Shown here piece after piece: positions 58,899 through 64,000 of a stretch of 64,000 nucleotides of DNA (the stretch's first letter is position 1; each line of letters begins with the position of its first letter). This stretch comes from Kiritimatiellia bacterium. GTDB taxonomy: Bacteria; Verrucomicrobiota; Kiritimatiellia; RFP12; UBA1067. The stretch covers positions 64,001-128,000 of the forward strand of contig JBMNFY010000001.1 of NCBI GenBank assembly GCA_050949565.1. The letters are read 5' to 3'. Both the position numbers and the translations under genes were made by a program. The notes under the pieces were generated by a model that worked only from the letters and a program-made list of their open reading frames with translations, ran no database searches and was not told the DNA's origin.

Positions 58899-59525
58899 TT
58901 ACCTACTGCTTCGTGTCCGGCGGCGGGCGGCGTATTTGGCGGGGGATTCTTTCACGCTGAAGCCGATTTTGCGCGGGGGTGGCGGCGGGGCGGGATGCTC
59001 TGGCGGGTCGATCAAGTCCAGAATGCGTTGCATCACTTCAACAATGGCGGCGTCGTGCGAATCGAGGCGTGACTTGACCTCGCATTCAAGCGTTGCCAGT
59101 TTACGCGCCAGCTCACGGGTATCAGAGAGCGCGGCTCGCATTTTCGTGAAGGCGCGTACCACGAAGACGCTCATCTCCATCGCCCGCTTGCTATTGAGCA
59201 CATTAGCCGCCATCAGAGCGCCGTGCTCGGTGAAGACGCGAGGCGGATGCTTGCGATGTTGTCCGCGCTTTAAGATCACATTTTGTGATCTTAAAGCTGT
59301 AACGGCTTCCCATCCGATTTTTGAAAACGTAAAGGAGAAATCCTCCGGGAAACGGTCTGGATTGCGCTTGACCTGCTGGTTGAGGGTGCGGACTTCTGCG
59401 CCGTATATCTCCGCCAAGTCGCTATTGAGAATCACCCTTTCGCCTCGGATGGTAAGGATCCGGTCTTGCAGATCGGGTACGACATCAATCTCCTGTTTGG
59501 CCTGTTTCCTTTGGGGTGTGCTCAT
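58899..59525 (-). CDS. ORF6N-domain DNA-binding protein
   Basis: ILTIRGERVIL..DLAEIYG..LNQQVKRN..RFPEDF, FTEHGALMAANVLNS, VVRAF, RKIGF. Confidence 0.92.
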   Translation of the reverse strand: MSTPQRKQAKQEIDVVPDLQDRILTIRGERVILNSDLAEIYGAEVRTLNQQVKRNPDRFPEDFSFTFSKIGWEAVTALRSQNVILKRGQHRKHPPRVFTEHGALMAANVLNSKRAMEMSVFVVRAFTKMRAALSDTRELARKLATLECEVKSRLDSHDAAIVEVMQRILDLIDPPEHPAPPPPPRKIGFSVKESPAKYAARRRTRSSR

Positions 59526-59555
59526 CTTTTTTTCTTAGAGTGATCAAATCAAGTA

Positions 59556-59580
59556 CCGCGCATGATAACCTCATGCGCGG
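59556..59580. promoter_or_regulatory. perfect 10-bp inverted repeat upstream of ORF6N-fic
   Basis: ccgcgcatga-taacc-tcatgcgcgg; a second hairpin lies at 59601-59631. Confidence 0.45.
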
Positions 59581-59649
59581 AATTGGACAAGGCAGGTTTT
59601 CGCGCACAGCTGCGCTGCCGCGCTGTGCGCGTTGTGCGCGGAGTTGACA

Positions 59650-59673
59650 TTTAGGAGTTAGGATTTAGGAGTT
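59650..59673 (-). repeat. TCCTAAA-type heptamer repeat
   Basis: Reverse complement matches 44298-44321 at 23/24. Confidence 0.75.
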
Positions 59674-59716
59674 TTTTGTATGGTTGCGGGGGGGCCACAG
59701 AACGTTCAACTTTCAA

Positions 59717-59765
59717 GTGGCACGGGCATCTTGCCCGTGTTTCATGGGCGGGACGCCCATGCCAT
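59717..59765 (+). repeat. 49-bp REP-like double hairpin (copy 4)
   Basis: 48/49 identical to the other copies; followed by ...caagagcctc as in copy 2. Confidence 0.9.
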
Positions 59766-59867
59766 GAGGGTTTTTCAAGAGCCTCTGACATGGCAGAGGG
59801 CAGCTTTGTGGCGTCAGCCCTTGGCGTTCTTCATTTTGGAGAACTTCGTGAACGATGTTGTTTCACA

Positions 59868-62345
59868 TCAGTAGACGCGGATCTCAAAAATCTGGGCTGA
59901 AGGATCACCCCATGTCGAACGGCACATGATGCGCAATGCATCGATTGTGCGGCGGTCGAACGAGTGAACGGCAAGCCGCCACCAGTTCTCATCTTCCGAC
60001 GCGATCTCTGTCCACGCCCCGCCCGTTCTCACCTCCACCGTATAGCTTTTCACAAGGGCTCGCGGCATTACCGCAGGGTGCGTCGGCATTAGGTCGCTGT
60101 TGAACGTAATGCGCACCTGCTGCGCCTCGACCGGTTTTTCCCACGTTAAAGTGATCGTCTGCGGTAGAGCGGCGGCCGCATCCGAGACCCACCCGTGTGC
60201 CTCGTCATTCACGATACGGCTTGTCCCGTCAATCACGGCCTGTGGCGAAGCGCCTTCGGCATACAGCCAGCCTTCACGGTCCCTATCCTTTTTGTTCTGG
60301 AAGATACAACTATACTTATTCGTGATGTACCACCGCACGGATGGAGATTCTTGGAAGTAGAGACGCGGCTGCGAACTCGTCGCCGTCACTGTCGCCCGGC
60401 GCGCGTGGTCGTGCGAATCCTCGTTCTTTACGCCGGGAATGTAAAGATCGTCCCGCAGAAGCCGTTGCTGGAGTTCCTTGAGCCGATTCAGTCCTAGCGA
60501 CTTCGGCGTCTCGCCATACTGCAAGCACATCGCGGCAGCCGTGCCGCACACCTGCCCGAGCGTGGCCAGCGTGGACATCACGCGCACGGAACCGAGCGCC
60601 ATGTGTGAGACGCTCGAGCAGCGTCCCGCAAAGAAGAGGTTGCTGAAAGCCGAATTGTAGAGGACCCGGTAGGGGATCGTGTAGATCGGCAGCACGGGAG
60701 TGTGCTTCCAGTAACCGTTCCCCTTCGGATTCGCAAGCCCGAGCGGATCGTGCGTGTCCATCGACCAGCCGCCGTAGGAGATGCGGTCGGGGAAGACCGT
60801 CGCCGCCTTCTGGTCGTTCCCGGTCAGGATATAGTCGCCCGTGAGCCGCAACGTCTCGCGCCGAGCGACCCCGTAGGGCATGTCTGTAAGTGCAAAATTT
60901 TTCAGCAGGTCCCGATGCTCCCACTCGTTCTTGCCCCAGCCGAAGTAGGCGAACGAAAGACGTACCAGCTCATCGCGCGCGTTCTCGGGGTCTTCGAAAT
61001 CATCAACTATGCCGGGATGCGCCATCCGCCACGACGGCCCGAAGCCGTCATGCACGCGCAGACGGCGCGGATATTTGCGCGACCATCCCGCAGGCAGGGC
61101 ATCTTTCGCCCAGTCCGGTGTGACGTAGTCCACGGGATGTCCCATGTCGCTGTAGCCGAAGCACGAGAATCCTTCAGTCGCCAACATGCCGCTCATCGTG
61201 GTGCGGTCCGGTTGCTCGGGCGCCTCCTTTTCGCCGAACTCGGACTGGCCTTCGCGCCCGAAACGGTAGGGAACCCCCGCGTAATAACCGACCCAGCCGT
61301 CTCCCGTCGCATCGATGAAGATCTTCGCCCGATAGCGCACCCGTGCGCCGGTCAGCGTATCCACCGCCACAACGCCCGTGATGATATTCTCCGCCGTCTT
61401 CTCAACTTCCACCACGCGCCGGTTTAGAAACAGCTCCAGCTTCTGCTCGCCGCGCACCTGCTCAAGGTAGGCCGCCGAGATGGACGCTTTTTTTCCGCCC
61501 TGCGACATCCGCGAACGAATCAGTCTCGCTTCCTCGATGAAGCCCGTTTCACGCGCATTGGGATGCAGATGCGCCGCGCCCTGAATGCCTATCCGCAGTT
61601 CAGACGATGCATTGCCGCCCAGGACGGGCCGGTCCTGAATGAGCGCCGTGTGCGCCCCGGCGTGTGCCGCCGCCACCGCCGCTCCCATGCCTGTCGTTCC
61701 GCCGCCCACCACCACGACGTCATAGGCTCCCCCGTCCGACGGTTCGTAGGGCGCGCCCTTCCACTGCAAGCGCGCACGCGCCAGTTCCTCCGCGTTGTCG
61801 GGCGGCACGAACGCCGCGTCTTCCGCCAGCAGGACCGCATCGCACCGGCTGAAGAACCCTGCCTTGCCAATGAGCTTCACCTCGACCTCGCCGGCCGCCA
61901 GCGCCACCGTTCCGGACTTTTCCCAGCGCCAGCCCTTCACGCCGGACGCGCCCAGAATCTTTCCCTCCTGCCCGCCGACCTCCACGGCAAATTTTCCGGG
62001 CGCATACGGCGGACGCCAGTCGTTGCTGCGCACCCAGACCGTCCATGTGCCTGCCCGCGGAATTTCCACCGTCGTCACAGCCGGTATAAGCGGATTCCCA
62101 ACACCGAGCGCGATCAGATAAGCCGATCCCATCTTGTGGATGAACTGTGTATCCAGACGCCATCTGCCATACTTGGCGAACCCTTCGGCCTCCAGCAGGA
62201 TCACCCCGCGCACATGTTCCCGCGCCTTCTCAGCCGGTGCGCGCCACGACCACAAACTGGGCACTTTCACTTCCTGTTCCGACATGGCGCGTCCCGGCAA
62301 CACAGCGCTGAATGCCAGCACCACGCATATAAGTACGGTTTTCAT
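59868..62345 (-). CDS. secreted FAD-dependent oxidoreductase with carbohydrate-binding-like flanking domains
   Basis: SD aaggag; signal peptide; DVVVVGGGTTG, LGGNASSE, FIDATGDG, RRETLR, YTIPYR, NLFFAGR; F5/8-like tail ending FEIRVY. Confidence 0.85.
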   Translation of the reverse strand: MKTVLICVVLAFSAVLPGRAMSEQEVKVPSLWSWRAPAEKAREHVRGVILLEAEGFAKYGRWRLDTQFIHKMGSAYLIALGVGNPLIPAVTTVEIPRAGTWTVWVRSNDWRPPYAPGKFAVEVGGQEGKILGASGVKGWRWEKSGTVALAAGEVEVKLIGKAGFFSRCDAVLLAEDAAFVPPDNAEELARARLQWKGAPYEPSDGGAYDVVVVGGGTTGMGAAVAAAHAGAHTALIQDRPVLGGNASSELRIGIQGAAHLHPNARETGFIEEARLIRSRMSQGGKKASISAAYLEQVRGEQKLELFLNRRVVEVEKTAENIITGVVAVDTLTGARVRYRAKIFIDATGDGWVGYYAGVPYRFGREGQSEFGEKEAPEQPDRTTMSGMLATEGFSCFGYSDMGHPVDYVTPDWAKDALPAGWSRKYPRRLRVHDGFGPSWRMAHPGIVDDFEDPENARDELVRLSFAYFGWGKNEWEHRDLLKNFALTDMPYGVARRETLRLTGDYILTGNDQKAATVFPDRISYGGWSMDTHDPLGLANPKGNGYWKHTPVLPIYTIPYRVLYNSAFSNLFFAGRCSSVSHMALGSVRVMSTLATLGQVCGTAAAMCLQYGETPKSLGLNRLKELQQRLLRDDLYIPGVKNEDSHDHARRATVTATSSQPRLYFQESPSVRWYITNKYSCIFQNKKDRDREGWLYAEGASPQAVIDGTSRIVNDEAHGWVSDAAAALPQTITLTWEKPVEAQQVRITFNSDLMPTHPAVMPRALVKSYTVEVRTGGAWTEIASEDENWWRLAVHSFDRRTIDALRIMCRSTWGDPSAQIFEIRVY

Positions 62346-62388
62346 TTTGTGAAACTCCTTAGGCGATGTTACTCCAAACAGAACTGAA

Positions 62389-62607
62389 GCGACCGCATAC
62401 ACGCGTTTGTGGACCGCTTCCTTGTACACGTGAGCGCGACCCTTTTCCGGCTTGCCCCAAAGCGTAAATCTGGTTACGCTCTGTTTCAGTTACGCATGGG
62501 CAAGACACTTTCGCCTCCTTCCTGTTTTTTTTACATGGGGGAAGTGTACTTCAATGCGTGGTCGCTTTCAAAACTTAAGGTGTTGCGCTGGCCAGTCGCA
62601 CACACGC
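62389..62607 (-). pseudogene. internally deleted, diverged IS30 left-end relic
   Basis: 62441-62607 aligns with 5108-5272 and 62389-62442 with 4823-4876; ~230 bp are missing between them. Confidence 0.85.
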
Positions 62608-62621
62608 AAAAGGAAATGAAA

Positions 62622-64000
62622 ATGAGACCTGTTCCTGTTCTACTGTCTCTTCTTGCAATGGCGGTGGCCGCGCGAGGTTTCGCCGAGATCACTGTCGCCG
62701 AGCGCGGCCAGCCTTCCGCCTATACGCTCGTCATCCCTGCGAAGGCTTCTCCGAACGAGCGTTACGCCGCGCAGGAATTCCGTGACTGGACACTCAAACT
62801 GACGGGCGTCGAGATCCCGATCCGCGAGACCACGCCGGTCGCCGCCAAGGCGATTTACTTGAACCGCGAGAAGCCCGACCCCGCGCTCGGCGACGAAGGC
62901 TTCGACCTTGAGGCCGTCGGTGGCGACATCCGCGTCAGCGGAGGTAGGCGCGGTCTCCTTTACGGCGTGTATGAACTCCTTGAGCGTTTCGGCGGCATCG
63001 CGTGGCTTGACTCCGGTTTTACCGACATTCCGCAGACCGATGTCTTCAAAATCCCGTCGGATCTCAAGGACCGGCAACTTCCGGCGTTCGATCGCCGTGT
63101 CCACGACTGGCGGCAGATAAGCTCAGACATCTCTTTCAGCGCCCGCAGCCGCATCAACCATTATTATCTCCCCGAGCGTCACGGCCGCTCCTATCCGAAG
63201 TTCGACGGGCCGCTTGGTTGGGGCCACACCTTCAGCTACCTCGTCAACCCTGACCAGTATTTCGACGAGCATCCGGAATACTTCAGCTTCTTCAAAGGCA
63301 AGCGCCAGAAACACTATTCTCAGCTCTGCCTCACCAATCCCGATGTCTTCAAGATCGTCCTTGAAAAAGTGCTCGCGCGAATCCGCACAACAAAACGAAA
63401 GGAAACAACGTCAAATACTACGGCATCTCGCAGAACGATTGGAACGGTTACTGCGAATGCGAGAAGTGCGCGGCAATCGACGCACGCGAGGAATCGCACG
63501 CGGGCGCCTTGATCGACTTTTTGAACCGTATCGCCGAGGAGGTCGAAAAGGAACATCCCGATGTGATCATCCAAACTCTTTCCTACATGTATTCACGCAA
63601 ACCGCCCAAAAATCTGAAGCCGCGCCGCAACGTGATGCCGCTCTTGTGTTCGATCGAGTGCGACTTCTCCAAGCCTATGGCGGAAAACCGCTTCGAGGAG
63701 AACGTCGCTTTCCGCGCGGATCTGGAGAAGTGGCGGGATATCTCCAACCGTCTGATGATCTGGGACTACGCCGGAAACTGGCGCTCGACCCCGTGCCCGC
63801 AGCACAATCTGCGCACGATCTGGGAGAACACGCGCTATTACCGCGCCCAGGGCGTGACGGAACTTTTCCATGAAGGCAAAGTCTTGTCCAAAGAGAGCCA
63901 AACCGAAGAACTCGCCGCGCTCAAGGCATACCTCGCGTCGAAGGCGATGTGGAATCCCGACCGTCCGATGCGCCCGCTGATGGAGCGTTTCTGCAATGCC
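62622..64000 (+). CDS. DUF4838-domain secreted protein (3' truncated; frameshift near 63390)
   Basis: Signal peptide; GDEGF, RGLLYGVYELLE, HTF..LV.P..YF..HPEYF, QLCLTNPDV; other frame continues SQNDW..YCEC, IWDY. Confidence 0.8.

Noticed and set aside
57421-59790. Prophage or integrative element around ORF6N-fic
   Set aside because: No integrase or phage structural genes, and no tRNA att site.

Overview
A GC-rich bacterial chromosomal window. It is most consistent with a Kiritimatiellota/PVC-superphylum organism, inferred from the protein families, C-terminal motifs and intergenic repeat styles; this is not proven. Housekeeping genes (ybaB-recR-yggS, nadD-rsfS, purC, pycB/oadA-like, lpxL-like, dapL) alternate with accessory blocks. 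These blocks include putative glycan-degrading genes, an IS30 element plus an internally deleted relic, a glycerophosphodiesterase/GlpT-like/sn-glycerol-1-phosphate dehydrogenase operon, a persulfide-reductase-like gene with ArsR, a VapBC-type pair, an ORF6N-Fic pair and several very large secreted repeat proteins. The most striking structure is a ~14 kb array (31.9-45.8 kb) of secreted-protein genes, each preceded by a hairpin built from GAGAC(AA/AT/GC) heptamers. One of these sites is occupied by a four-helix-bundle (IVS/Avd-like) + Zn-ribbon gene. That gene is bounded exactly by a 15-bp direct repeat whose internal ATGA supplies its start codon on the left and its stop codon on the right. 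Its 5' flank is also perfectly complementary (22/22) to the downstream hairpin arm, so it resembles an excisable or loop-out cassette with no recombinase in the window. Other notable signals are a covarying palindrome found both inside the ORF6N gene and as an orphan copy, and intergenic mosaics of triple 8/9-mer repeats. Several genes carry frameshifts that may be assembly errors. Family names come from motif recognition only; no database searches were run.
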